Positions 1 through 15,375 of a stretch of 64,000 nucleotides of DNA are shown one piece after another. Numbering within the stretch: position 1 is the first letter of the stretch; every line of letters begins with the position of its first letter. The DNA is taken from NCBI RefSeq assembly GCF_009914755.1, contig NC_060928.1. One strand, written 5' to 3'. Source of the stretch: the human T2T-CHM13v2.0 reference genome, Homo sapiens. The notes beneath the pieces were generated by a model, which saw only the letters and a list, made by a program, of their open reading frames with translations, was not told where the DNA came from and searched no databases. The position numbers and the translations under genes were made by a program.

Positions 1-814
1 GATGGAAAGACTGAAAATGATACAATTCCAAAAAGCTGTTTTTACAGTTTGAAGCCTAGCCTCAGAGTAAAATCCCAATACTATCATGCAAAAAATTACT
101 AGATTTGCACCAAGTATGAATAGGTTGGAAAACTAAAAAGGCCTATGAGGCCCTATAAGAAGAATCTTATTAGTGTTTAATAAAGGTAAAGGTAAAGTAC
201 AACAGAAATAAAATGCAGGAAATCATTGAAAGTCTGTCTTTCAGGAACAGAGCCTTTCTCCCTAAAGGTCCTTTCTCAGTCTCACAGACACATTTTATCT
301 GTATATTACGAACCTTCAGGATTTGAGCTTACTATAATAATTTAAGGGAAGTGCAGAAAAGTCTTTATAGCAGTCTCTCTCATACATTGTTGGTCATATA
401 CATCTCAAGCTAAGTTGTGTAAACCATCAAACTAAACATTCTCAATGATATAGACCAGTTGGCACTAAACTTAAAGCAACATATTATGAATCACTAACTA
501 GCACATGCCATTTTCATCTTGCTCACGGGTCAGTGTTATGCTTCCAATGCATCTCTAGATATAAATATCAAGCTGTTCCAGTCCAACTGTAAGAGAGTCC
601 TCTCTTATGTAGCCATACATTAACATATATGAGAATATAAAATGTGTTGAGGAAAAAGTATCAAAGGATTGAGAAATCTACATTAATTTTAAAAAGAATG
701 AACTAAGAGAAGCCCAGGCCATATTTAATGTCATCAAAGATAATTCTAGTGCTTTGGCATTATTTTTTCACATGCTTTTTCTTTCTTTTCCCCTTGACTG
801 ATTTTCTCCTAACT

Positions 815-1110
815 AGCTTTAATCAATTTTATAGAATTATAATTTGCATATAGGGCACACATTTTAGTCCAGTTCAGTTTTACAAATTTATAAAGCTAGA
901 TAATCACCTATACAATCAAATATAGAATATTCCCTTCACCTACACATTTATTGCATGACCTTTGTCAATGAAATTCCCCACTTCAACCCCAGAAAAGTTT
1001 AAGGCATTCTGTCTTTATATAATTTCAAATTTTATCTACATGGAGGCATACAGTATTTATTATTTATTATCCGCCTTCTTTCCTCTAGTATATGATAAAA
1101 CTTCACCTTT
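815..1110 (-). mobile_element. Ancient L1 (L1MC/L1ME-like) 3'-end fragment
   Basis: Degenerate match to the antisense L1M 3' UTR pattern (caatcaaatatagaatatt...ggaggcatacagtat...ccttctttc). Boundaries approximate. Confidence 0.5.
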
Positions 1111-1304
1111 TTTTTTTTTTTTTGTATAAAGGAATGACAATCCTTCAATTGTAAAAACTAAAGAACACGCCACCCAACTAATCACATGTCTTAGGGTATA
1201 TTTCTGAAAAATAAGATATATATTTTAAAAGCAACTTTATTAAAACTCGGGGCTATTAAAGTATATATACAAATACAACACTAGAAAATAAAGTTATGTT
1301 TCCA

Positions 1305-1707
<403 letters not shown>

Positions 1708-2330
1708 TTATGTTTTAAGCATTAGTTCAAGTGGACTTGTTTTTAACTCCGAATTTAGAGTTAGATTCCATATAATCTTTGCTACTGAAGATTGACTTGG
1801 TCGTGATTATAAAGGTTTCATTAGTCAATTCAGAGTATGGCTATATTTCTTACTCTTTTTATCTTCTTGATATTATACCACCTAGGTTGGGTTATATAAA
1901 TGTGAATTCAACATACAGCCAAGTATAATCCCTTTCTCTTCGGCAGTACTAACTCAAGCCTATCTGTCTGAAGTATGTGTCTCTTTGTTTTTGTAACTTC
2001 AAATTTTCTTGTTCTTTTTAGTAAGATTCTGAAGGGTCATATGCTACTTGATGAAGCACCAGTGTTTCGTTGACCTGGTGCATTTATTTTATTTTAATCT
2101 GGAATTTTTATGTCATGTGTATATTGTTATTTTATTGCAAGTGTGACAAGCAATCCTAATATCAGCTTTCACTTAACTTCTTTTATAGAAGATACTGAAA
2201 TTAATTAACATATATTTATGATATAATTAGCAACAGCTTGTGAGAAGGGTCATAGAGTACATTATAGCTACTGGGAAACCACTGCTATGGAGTTATTTTA
2301 CAGAGAAGGGGAAATGGTTTTTGCTCGGAG

Positions 2331-2410
2331 ATGAACTTGCAAAATGTGTATATGACACAATTACCAGGTAATGAACTTGCAAAATGTATATGCTACACAA
2401 TTACCCATGA
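2331..2410. repeat. Imperfect 40-bp tandem duplication
   Basis: ATGAACTTGCAAAATGT..ACACAATTACC starts at both 2331 and 2371. Confidence 0.9.
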
Positions 2411-2454
2411 CAAATGGCATTCAATAGAGTGTAGCAATCTTTTTGGGGGATTGA

Positions 2455-2736
2455 GGGGACAGGGTCTTGCTCTGTTGTCCAGGCTGGATTGCAGTGGTGC
2501 AATGTCAGCTCACTGCAGCCTCCATCTCCCAGGCTCAAGTGATCCTCTCACTTCAGCCTCCTAAGCAGCTGGGACTACAGGTGCCGGCCACCATGCCTGG
2601 CTATTTCTTTGTATTTTTAGTAGAGTCGGGGTTTCACCCTGTTAGCCAGGAGGGTCTCGATCTCCTGACCTCATGATCTGCCTGCTTGGGCCTCCCAAAG
2701 TGCTGGGATTACAGGCGTGAGCCACCATGCCCAGCC
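2455..2736 (-). mobile_element. Alu, chimeric (AluJ-type right arm, AluY/Sc-type left arm)
   Basis: J diagnostics in 2455-2560 (ACAGGGTCT, CACTGCAGCCTC, GGCTCAAGTGATCCTC) and Y diagnostics after ~2585 (GTTAGCCAGGA.GGTCTCGATCTCCTGACCTC). No matching TSDs. Confidence 0.85.
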
Positions 2737-2744
2737 AAAAGCTT

Positions 2745-3190
2745 AACATTTCTAATAGCCAGATAAATGCAAATAAAAACAACTATTGACACTACTTTTA
2801 AGTTGGCAAAAGTTAGGTAAAAAAGATTACCCCTACTGCTGGCCAGGAATGATGAGGATAGGGTATACTTTTACATTTGGTGAAAAGAACAATTACAGCA
2901 TTTCGAAGGTGATCTGGCGCTATCTACTAAAATTAAAAATATGTGCTTTTTACTCTTTAATCTCATCTGTACAAATTATCCCCATAGATACAAGAATACA
3001 ACAGTATAAGGATATTTTGTAGAACATGATTATTTCAGTATGATTTGGGGAGAAAGGAAAAGAAAAGGAAAATGAAAGTTCATCAGTACAAGAATGGTTG
3101 AATCACCTGTTGATATACTACAGCATTAACTGTCAGGCAACCACGAAGTATAAATTGACTTGAGGGCAGTTATATATTACAAGATTTAGA
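2745..3190 (+). mobile_element. Ancient L1M(E) ORF2-end/3' UTR fragment
   Basis: Degenerate motifs ataaatgcaaataaaaacaac, ttggcaaaagtt, ctggcgctatctactaaaattaaaaat, catcagtacaagaatggttgaat. Confidence 0.55.
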
Positions 3191-5164
3191 AAGACTATGT
3201 GATATTACTCAATTTCTCCTAAAGTAAGCAATAACAGTTCTCCAATTATGTATTTGTGTGTCCAGACATGTTTTTATATGATTAAGAGTAGGAAGAATGC
3301 TATGGATAAACTGAAGGAATAAAAACTGGGTTTTTAAGGTTGTTTGATGGATGTATGAATGAGAATGAGGTGAGAAAAACAATGTATGATCTGACTTCAC
3401 TGGAATAAAGCTCTGTGTGTGTGTATGCATAAGAAGATACATGAAAAACAAACAGCCATGGAAATTACTGTTTTTTACTGTTGAAATGGGGTTTTAGGGT
3501 ACTTCTATTTTCTTCAGGATATTATTCACATACTTTCAAAAGTCTCCAAAAAATGCATTTACTTATGTTATCTGAAAAAAATCTATTCTCATTAGTGAAA
3601 TGTCAATATATAGTGATTAATAACTGGATACATAAATAGACAAAACTTAAGGTCATTGCAATAGATAGTTCTAAAAATGAGACAAGTTTCTTGTTGCTTC
3701 TGTTTCCTTGTAGGCATATCGATAATGACTACTATTTATAGACATCAAACATTGTAATAAAGACTTTATCACGACAATTGTTTTTAATTTTAAAACTTAA
3801 TTGAAAATGTAGTATTAAAGGATATTTGAACAAGTTCGAAGTTGTAACTCAATTCCTAACGGGAAAATCATTGGTTAAAATGATTTAAAACAAACAAAAA
3901 AAGTCTGCTTGGATATAGCCATATCTTTACTGAGTTGTCCCAGGAACAAGAGAATTAAATTAAAAAAAAAAACGAGGGAGAGAGAACGAGCCCCTGAGTA
4001 CTGGATTATTAAATCAGTAGCTTAATTGCATTTCCATAAATTGTCTCAGTATTTTTATTGCCCTGGGGTGCTGACAATATTAATGAAGCTGTGACAGAAG
4101 ACTTTCCTAAGAAGTATCAAAAAGGCAGTATAGAAATAAGCTACACATAACATTGTAAAATCTTCTACATTAATATAATTACATTTTTTCTTGATGAAAT
4201 ACTCAAATTGATATGGCACAGTGATTAAAAAATAAAATTTGCCTATGGTCATGTCTAATTCATTATTTTTCTGATAACATAAGTAAATGGATTTTTTGAA
4301 GAGATTAAAGTGCCTGTTTAGCACTTTAATAAATAGGAAAACAACACATGAAAATGATTAATAGGACCTTTCCAGGCACTTCATGGAATCTTGGATGCAT
4401 TCAAGGAGTGCATTATGGTATGAAAATGCAGCAAAAATCGATTATCAGTAATTGTAATTGGAGGTCCAGGCCCACCTTTTTACATTTAGGGATAACTTAC
4501 ACTGCAAGTGTCCTACGTAACTTAAAAAAAAAAAAAAAATCAATCATTAGAAATGGCAATGTGCCCTAAGGTTAGGCTTGATAATGGCCGAGATGAATCA
4601 ACCTTGTGTAAAATAATGCTCCAAAGTTTGTAATTACTTTTCATAAATAAAGTCTGAATGATAACTGTATTAATAATAGCCATATGTTTTGTAGGTATCT
4701 CATAAACAGAACTCTGTTTAACAAAATAAAGCACTTTGATAAATTTATTTGCAAATGCCTATAACATTAGAAAGTTGGAAGTTCCCCTTGCCCTAATATA
4801 ATAGGTTTTTATATTATAATATTATAATGATGGTACATATTAATATTATTTTCAGATATTTATAATAATTTATATTAATATTTGAGGAAAAAGCAATATT
4901 GCATGGCATAAAATAATCACAATATAAATAAATTGTATTATTACCAATATATAATATAGGTAAAATAAGTTCATTATTATTCTGTTAAGTCAATGAGATA
5001 ACTACTAGTAGTTGTTGAGCAGCTTTTATATACCCGCAATTGTAACTGATCTCCTCAGCACTATTATGAGGAAAATGCTATTAACCATCCCAACTTGTGG
5101 GTGAAGAGATAATTTTTCCAAAGTTACAAATTCAAATCCCATTTCAGTATAAGGAATTCTGTAA

Positions 5165-5524
<360 letters not shown>

Positions 5525-7353
5525 AAAGCTACATATTTTAAAGTTTGTTTAAAATATATAGTCTAATTAATATATCTCATATGAAATCTAAATAATGAAA
5601 TGTTTATTATATGTTGCAAGATCATGACTGGAAGAGATATTTCTATAGAAACTTGACCTTCTATAAATGATAACAATTATAATTATGAACATGATTTAGT
5701 CCCTTTGGGTACAGGAGGACACTCACTATGTGATCTTAGGCTTAAGTGTTTTTATTATGTTAATATTGTATACAGAAACAAGTATTTATCTATGCAACTT
5801 ACTCCTTAAATTAATAGGGCATTCCTTGATAGACAAAACCACATCTTAATTTTTAAAAATTTCCCAGTAAGGGTTAGCACAGTTCCTAAGAGTTAAAATT
5901 AAATACCTGGTTGAATTAAATTGTTAAAAATAATTTTTAAAAAATGTACAGTGTGTGCATGTGGGTACTTGTATTTTAAACTAGGCATGTTTTCCTACAA
6001 TGGATGGCTCTTTCTATCAGAAAAAGCAAATAGAGCAGGCTCAGGCAGTTTGAAATTTCCAAATGTATATTCCTTATCTCATCCTTTTCTGAATGTTAGT
6101 TAAGGAGAATTAGATGTACAAAATATACAAGTCAACTTCCTGCATGATATAGCTCTTTCTGGAAGACTCAGAATAATCATTGAAATATTAATGCTCTGAG
6201 AAGTCTTTTCACAAATTTGGTTCAATGTATTATTTTTCATACTTAAGTTAATTGCAGCAAAAACTTCCCCTTGTTCATATGATGGAAAATATGATAAGTA
6301 CTTTGGAAAGATTTTCAGTAAAAATAATTTCATATACTAGGCATATTTGTTTATTAACGTAACTTAAACATATGTGAATAATTATTAACTGAGTGAATAA
6401 TGATTTCTCCTTCACCACTTCATTTACCTTCAACAAAAGTGTCCTGATTTTTCATTGACTTTGGACAAAAGTGTCCTTATTTTTCTTTTAATACAGGGTT
6501 AGATATTGTTGACTTAAGGTTTTCAAAAAGTGTCATAGTCATATTGTCAGTCATGGTTAACAATTAAGGTGAAAAGTGCAACAAAATGCATATATGTCAA
6601 TTACACATTCAACAGAAACTACTAATAATGACCTTTGAAATTTAAACGGGTTTATTTTCTGCCTTATTTGAAGTATTCATTAGGTTGTCGAAAGTTGAAA
6701 AAACTTTTTTTTTTAGTGAATTGTGCAGAGTTCAATTGTGGAATCAGTCAGAGTGTTTTTCAATCAATCATCAACATTGATAGACAGATTTGCCATCTTA
6801 CTTTCCAGTGATAAGCTCTTGTAGACCACATAGCACCCTATTGAACTGAAGTTAATTTAGAGACAAAATTTTAATCTTAGGATTCTGACAACGGTGTGAC
6901 GTATCTTTGAGGCTTTGTAAATGATAATGTTTTTCTACCAGAAAACATTTATCTTTTCATTTTTCAAGTCACATATATCCACAATTATTTAAAAATTGCT
7001 AAAACCTCCTAGACATATTCATTAGACATAAATGTATAAAAAGGAGCTATTACACATTTTTGCTTATTGAGAATATTTGAAGGTAATCAACATGGGCAAT
7101 CACTGTTGTTTTTCCCATACACTGTGGGAAAAAAATACTACTCTAAATTACCTTTCTCATTTGCAAACTTTTCTCTATTTTCACAAGCCTTTCACAAACC
7201 AGTATATAATATATAAAAGGAGAGTCTCTGATATGGACTTACTTTTTAAATCATTACAAAGTCATAGTTTTTAGGGACTGGTGTTGGGAAAGTTGAACTG
7301 ACAGGAAGAACTTTATGAGATTAGTGATACACTATTTTCTGATCCACTGTTAA

Positions 7354-7697
<344 letters not shown>

Positions 7698-8076
7698 AAG
7701 AGCTGCACTCTTCTGGCAGGAGTTAGCCTTTTATGCAGTGGTGAAAGAAAAGCTATGATGCTCCCACTGGTATAAAACCTACTTCTGAAGATCACTTCTG
7801 AAGATCACTGCTGTCATCTCTTGAACTATCTGGTCCTGGTTATGCATCCATACACCATTTGCAATTTTCAGTTTCTAACTCCTCATTGGATCTAAAGTCA
7901 CTTCATTTAACTATATTGAAGGGCTAATTGAAGAGCAACCCCTGTCTTGAAGGCATCCCAGGCAACTCAGTTAACTTTACCTATGTATTAATTCTAAAAT
8001 ATATTTTAGCCATATTTAAAAGATGGGCATAGCACACATATTTTATCTAAAGAAAAATAAAATATAGCTAGTGGTA

Positions 8077-8109
<33 letters not shown>

Positions 8110-8159
8110 AGACCCTGGCCCAGTTGATGAACCACTATTTATTAGACACTTAAGTTTAC

Positions 8160-8600
8160 CTGGACTTGACTGAGCACAGTAGTTCAGGTCAGTGTGGGGG
8201 AGACAGAACAGACAACCAAAATTTAAAATGACAACTGACATGCCATAATAAAACTATATAAACATGCAGAGACATGTAAACTCCACTCTGAAAATAGGGT
8301 AGAAATAGGGGGAGAGAAGGCTTTGAAAAATGGCAATACTTTGGCACTGTTGCAAAAGATAATGAATTTTTCAGGTAGGCAGGGTGAGTGGGGTTTTTCA
8401 GGTGGAATGAGTAGCTCAGGCTAAAAGAGAAAACATAGTTATTAGGTGGCTATTGTTAGATCATAGTGTGTTAGAGAAGCAATTACAGGTGAAACTAGAG
8501 AGGTAAGCTTGGACAAGAACGTGGATATAATTTAGGAATTTAAAATTCTTACTTTGGGAAAACAGGAGTTGTTAGCATGTTTTAATCAGCAGAGAATATG
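8160..8600 (-). mobile_element. L2 fragment
   Basis: Purine-rich degenerate L2 3' region (gtgggggagacaga...gaaactagagaggtaagcttggacaaga...ttttaatcagcagag). Confidence 0.5.
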
Positions 8601-8889
8601 GAAAAAGTATACCTTTTCTTGGTTATTCAAAGGGTAATGAGAAAGTTACCTAAAATGAGTACAACACATGAGACAGTACAACACTTACACAGCTGGCACA
8701 ATAATAGGTATTACATTAGCATTTATTCTTTTTCTCAAGGATAAATTTTGAGACACCATGTTTTCCTTTTAGAAAAACATACTAAAACAACAGAGCCATT
8801 TTAACAGTACCTGAATGATAGCACCCATTCTAAAGATTTTCAGTATGTGATTGTGCTATGTAGACAATTCATGGCAAGAAAATTTGTTA

Positions 8890-9110
8890 ATAATAGCTTC
8901 CATATAATTGAGCACTAGCACTGAGCTATATTCTATGCATTATTTTCCTGTATCAGCTTATGTAATCCTCAAAATGATTATCTAAATTTTACAAATGAGG
9001 AAATGGAAGCCCAAAGTCAGGAGTTAGCTAACTTATTCAAATTCACTAAGTATTAAGTATATAAATATGGCAGGATTTTAACAGGTCAACCCTTTAACCA
9101 CAATTCATAC
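8890..9110 (-). mobile_element. MIR
   Basis: Core ttttacaaatgaggaaatggaagccca...taacttattcaaattcac. Confidence 0.65.
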
Positions 9111-10811
9111 TACCCTTCAAATGTTCTATTAGAGAGGTAGTCACATTTATAATTCCATACATGGGTTACTTTCATACCTCAAGTAATGGAATATTTTTCT
9201 ACCTTTCCAAAACCATATTCATCATCAAGAACTTTAAGGCATCTTTTAAGGCTCAAATCAAGAGCCAGCTCTTTTAGGAAGTTTCTTTTGCACTGCCTTC
9301 TAAAAACATAATTCTAAAAACATAATTAATTTATCCTCCTTCTGCATTTCTTCTTCTATTTGTTTATTCAGTCTTTTATACATTGCATAGGGTATGCTAC
9401 TTATTTATCAAATGGATATTATTTAGTACCTTTTCTATATGTGTTACTGTGGTAGATTTCTACTTTCTGTGAAAGAACTATGATTAACACTAATTGAGTT
9501 TTGTCTTTATCATGAATATCTTATATGTTATTTATTGTGTTTTGTATTATCTTTAAGAGAAACGTATGTGCAATACTAAATGAGTATGTAATAAATTTTA
9601 TATAATGAATAAAGTCACTCAAATTCATTAGCTCAATGCCCCAGAGAGTGAGTATAACCTTGAAATGGCCTTGGATTGATTTGTAATATAGGTGCATCAC
9701 ATTCCCATGACAGACTTTTATGGAAGAAAAACACAGTAGAGAATTATAGCTGTTTGGCTGTATGTATTTTTGATAAAATGTTGATTTGTTTCTTGAGACA
9801 ATTCCTACCTTATCACTTATGGGGGAGGAACTCTATGCTTGCATCAATCTCTTCAGTTTCTTTTTCATTTTATGGTGAACAGTGAGTTACTAACTGGTAT
9901 TAAAACAGTGTCTGACACAACTGTAGAAGCATGGCTAAGCATATATACTCTACCATCTACTACCATTGAATCCTAATATTATCAGACCTGTGCAAATTAA
10001 TGGAATTTAATTTAAAATGTATATACATGCATATATAAACATTAACATATGCATGCATTATATTTGTGTGTATGTGAGTGTATGTATGTATATTTCTTTT
10101 ATAGGCATACACACACATAATTTTAGTGAGCCTTCTCTTTTCAGGACAGCTCTCAGAATATAGAGATACAAGTATTTGAGTGGATTGCTCTTGGTCTACA
10201 TCCCTACAGAAAAATTTGTTTTCTAATTTGTAAAATTATAACATTAACTTCATGTACGTACCCGACTTTTAATGACTAATAGCTTTGTGTAGTAGTCAGA
10301 TGAAGATATTATTTTGACCTAAATATTTTCACCAAACATGTGACTCAGCCTGTGTGTGTGCATATATGTATGGTGGGGTGAGAAAGAAGAGGTGGGCTGC
10401 TTTAGGCTATTGGAAAATTTATCCCAGCTGCATCAGAGATTGGGACTGGGAAGTAATAAAAGAATAAAAATACCAAACTTTTTAAAGCCTCTACTATTAC
10501 AAGTACCAAATATTTGAGATCTATTCACTGCATGCAATTTTACTGCCTTCTTCAACTTAAGGAATACTTGTTGGGTAGTCATAAAAAAGTCAACTCTATC
10601 TCTGTGCTAGGTATGCTACAGTACAGGCAAAAAATAATAATAATTATAGCACCTGGGGTTTTACAGTGAAACTGGTAATTGGTCTAAGTAAATAGAGAGG
10701 AAATGAAGGTTGATGCATTAGGATAAAGGCCCATAGTCATGAGTATACATCATCAACTTCATCACAAACAAAAGAGGGCACGATACATGTATACTAAGTT
10801 ATCATGATGAT

Positions 10812-10938
10812 TATTCATTTATTCATCATGATTTTAAAGAACTACTGTATATTCAATATTGTAATAAGGCTTGTGACATACACAAAAATAAGACCTGATC
10901 ACAGTGATCATGAAGCGTTCCCATTAGAAGAGAAATAA
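10812..10938 (-). mobile_element. L2 3' end (target of the L1 insertion)
   Basis: ttattcatttattcat tail followed by aaataagacctgatcacagtgatcatgaagc. Confidence 0.5.
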
Positions 10939-12016
10939 TAGACCTTCGTTGAATGCATAGTTTGTGAATATTTTCTCCCATTTTGTAGGCTCTCTTTGTT
11001 TACTGTGTTGAAATGTCTTTTGCTGTGTGGGAGCTCTTTAGTTTAATTATATCTCACTTGTCAATTTTTGTTTTTGTTGCAATTGCTTTTCAGGACATAA
11101 ACATAAATTCTTTGCCAAAGTCGATGTCAAGAAGAGTATTTCCTAAGTTTTCTTCTGGGATTTTTATAATTAGAGGTCTTACATTTAAATCTTTAGTCCA
11201 TCTTGAGTTAATTTTTGTACATGGTGAAAGATAGGGGTTCAGCTGTATTTTTATATGGCTATCTAGTTGTCCCAGCACCATTTATTGGATAGGGAGTCCT
11301 TTTCCCAGTGCTTACTTTTGTCAATTTTGTTGAAGAACACATGGTTTCAGGTATGTACCTCCATTTCTGGATTCTCTATTATTTTCCACTGGTGTATGTG
11401 TCTGTTTTTGTATCAGTACCATGCTGTTTTTGTTACTGTAGTCTTATAGTATAGTTTGAATTCAGATAACATGATGCCTTCAGCTTTGGTTTCCTTTTTT
11501 TTTTTCTTAGGATTGCATTAGTTCTTTTCTGGTTCTGTACAAATTGTAAAAAAAAATTTTTCTACTTCTGTGAAAAATAATTTTGGTATTTTGATAGGAA
11601 TGGCATTGAATCTGTAGATTGCTTTGAATGGTATGGCCATTTTAATGATACAGATTCTTCCAATCCATGAGCATGGAATATTTTTTCCATTTATTTTTGA
11701 TATTTCTTATTTCTTTCAGCAGTGTTTTGTAGTTCTTTTTAGAGATCTTCCACCTCCTTGGTTAGATGTATTCCCAGATAGTTCATTTTTTTTTGATGTG
11801 GCTATTGTAAATGCCATTGTGCTCTTGATTTGGCTTTCAGTTAAGTCATTATTGGTGTGTAGAAATGCTACTGATTTTTGTACAGTGATTTTGTATCATG
11901 AAAGTTTACTGAAGTTGTTTCCTGGGTATACAAGCCTTTTGGTGGAGTCGTTAAGGTTTCCTAGGCAAATAATCATATAATCAGCAAAGATAGATAGGTT
12001 AATTTCTTATTTTTTC

Positions 12017-12597
<581 letters not shown>

Positions 12598-14159
12598 GCC
12601 TTTTATTTTTCTCTTACCTGATTGCTCTGGCTAGGACTATGTTGAATAGGAGCAGTGAAAATGGGTGTCCTTGTCTTGTGCCAGTTCTCAGGGAGAATGC
12701 TTCTAGCGTTTGCCTGATCAATATGATATTTGCTGTGCATTTGTCCTGGTTGCCCCTTAATATTTTTAGGTCTGTTCCTTTGCTGCCTAGTCTGTTGAGG
12801 ATTTTGATCATGAAAGTAAGCTGGGTTTTACCAAAAGCTTAATCTGTGTCTGTTGAGATGATCATACAGATTTTGGTTTTGATTCTGTTTATGTGGTGAA
12901 TCACATGTACTGATTTGCATATATTGAACCAACCTTGCATCCCAGGAATAAGCTTACTTGATTGTGGTGAACTTACTTTTTGATGTGCTACTGGATTCAA
13001 CTTGTTATTATTTTTTTGAGGGTTTTGTGTCTAGGTTTATCTATTGGCCTGTAGTTTTCTTTTCTTTCTTTTTTTTTTTTTTGTCTCTGCCAGATTTTGG
13101 TATCAGGATGATGATAACTTCATAGCTAACATTCAGAATCTATGAGGAACTTACACAAATCAAAAAGAAGAAAACAAATAATCCAAGTAAAAAATGAGCA
13201 AAGGGCATAAAAAGATACTTCTCAAAAGAAGGTATTTAAGGGACCAACAAGCAAATGAAAAAATGTTAATCATCACTAATCGTCAGAGAAATGCAAATCA
13301 AAACCATGATGAGATGCCAACTCATAGCAGTCAGAATGTAGATCATTAAAAAGTCAAAAAATAAAATAAATAAAATAAAATAAATAACATATGCTAGCAA
13401 GGCTTTGAAAAAAAAGGGAATGTTTATACACTGTTAGTGGGAATGTAAATTAGTTCAGCAACCATGGAAAGTAGTTTGGAGATTTTTCAAAGACCTCTAA
13501 ATAAAACAGAATTACCATTAGACCCAGCAATCCAATTAGTGGGTATATACCCAAAGGAAAATAAATCATTCTACCAAAAAGTCACATGAACTCATATGTT
13601 CATTGCAGTGATATTCACCAGAGCAAAGACATGGAATCAACCTAATATCCATTTATGGTGTATTGGATAAAGTATGTGGTACATATACGCATCATGGGAT
13701 ACTAAACAGCCATAAAAGAAGAAAATCATGTCCTTTGCAGCAACATGAATGCAGCAGGAGGCCATTGTCCTAAGTGAATTAACACAGGAACAGAAAACTA
13801 AATACCACGTCCTCGTTTATAAGTGGGAAATAAATATTGGGTACACACTGATGTAAATATGGGACCCTTATAGGATAGAGGGAGGAGGGGGTGTTGGCCG
13901 AAAAACCGCCTATGCTCACTACCTTGGTGACAGGATCATCTGTACTCCAAGCCTGTGTTACACAATATGCCCATGTAACAAACCCGCACGTGTACCCTCT
14001 GTATCCAAAATAAAAGCTGAAAAAAAGGAGATAATACATATTACTGAAATTCAGTGTTGAGAAAAATAAATTTTAATCCTTTATTAAAATTTTAAGTCAA
14101 AGGATATGACACTTATATGAATAATTATTTCCATATCTTTTAGAAAATCTTTGACTGTT

Positions 14160-14520
14160 ATGAATTCATTCATCATTTATTTTAAGCATCTACAATATTA
14201 CTGCAAAATACTAGAATGAATTTTGTTGACATATTAGAGTTGCAAAAATGTGAAAGTAGTAGTAAATAGCTCACACTGAAGAAAATGTAAAACATTCAAG
14301 ATGTAGAGCATTTCAGCTTAGTCTTGAAAGATGAAAAATAATCAGAAAAAAACGGAAATTCCATGTTAAGAGATTATGTAGACAAAGGCACAAGATTTTC
14401 TTGAAAGTTTATGCCATGTTCACTGTTATGGAATCAGAGGGTATGTAGATGAAAGAAGCTATAGATGATGATATTGAAAAGAAAGTTTGGAGCCAAATCA
14501 TTGAAAGCTTTATGACATGG
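14160..14520 (-). mobile_element. L2 fragment
   Basis: attcattcat tail; catttcagcttagtcttgaaagatga; agacaaaggcacaag; ggagccaaatcattgaaagcttta. Confidence 0.5.
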
Positions 14521-14784
14521 AAATCATTGTCCAGTTTGTTCTGTAGATAAAAGTAAATCCAAGAAGCAGCATGTTCTTCAAATCAAGGTAATATTTGTTG
14601 AGTACTCTGCAGACAAAGCCACAAAGGAATAACAAATAAATGTTAAGGGTGTAAATTATTGCAAACAGTAATTGCATCAGAATACTGGTTGTGGAATTAA
14701 GAGCTGCAATACTGAATTTCTGTACCAATATATTTGGAGTTTCATAGATCTGAGCACAACCACACAGAATAGCATAATTTATTC

Positions 14785-14876
14785 CAAAAGTCAGCAAGCT
14801 TTTATCTGCAAAGGGTCAAATACTATATATTTTAGGCTTTGAGAGCACCATATTATGTGTTGTTACTACTCTGCTT
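14785..14876 (+). mobile_element. MER58 (hAT-Charlie) half element
   Basis: gtcagcaagcttttatctgcaaagggtcaaatactatatattttaggctttg resembles the MER58A left end. Confidence 0.7.
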
Positions 14877-15063
14877 TTGAAGCAAATGAGTTTAGAAATA
14901 ACAGTGCAATGTCCATCTCCTGGCCACCTTTATTTTTATATATTTATATTTTATATTTTTTTTTATATTTTTCCTTCACAGCAGATTAAAACTAGCTTTC
15001 TAGCTTTCAAGGTGAACATCTCAGAGCTCAAAAGAAGAACAGTTATGGTTAAGAAGGCAGAGA

Positions 15064-15375
<312 letters not shown>

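Noticed and set aside
7781-7810. Short tandem duplications (13 bp at ~7781, 14 bp at 9298-9325, 15-bp repeat at ~17728/17759, 9-10-bp units at 31190-31250)
   Set aside because: Ordinary slippage products. No spacer structure, so not CRISPR-like arrays.
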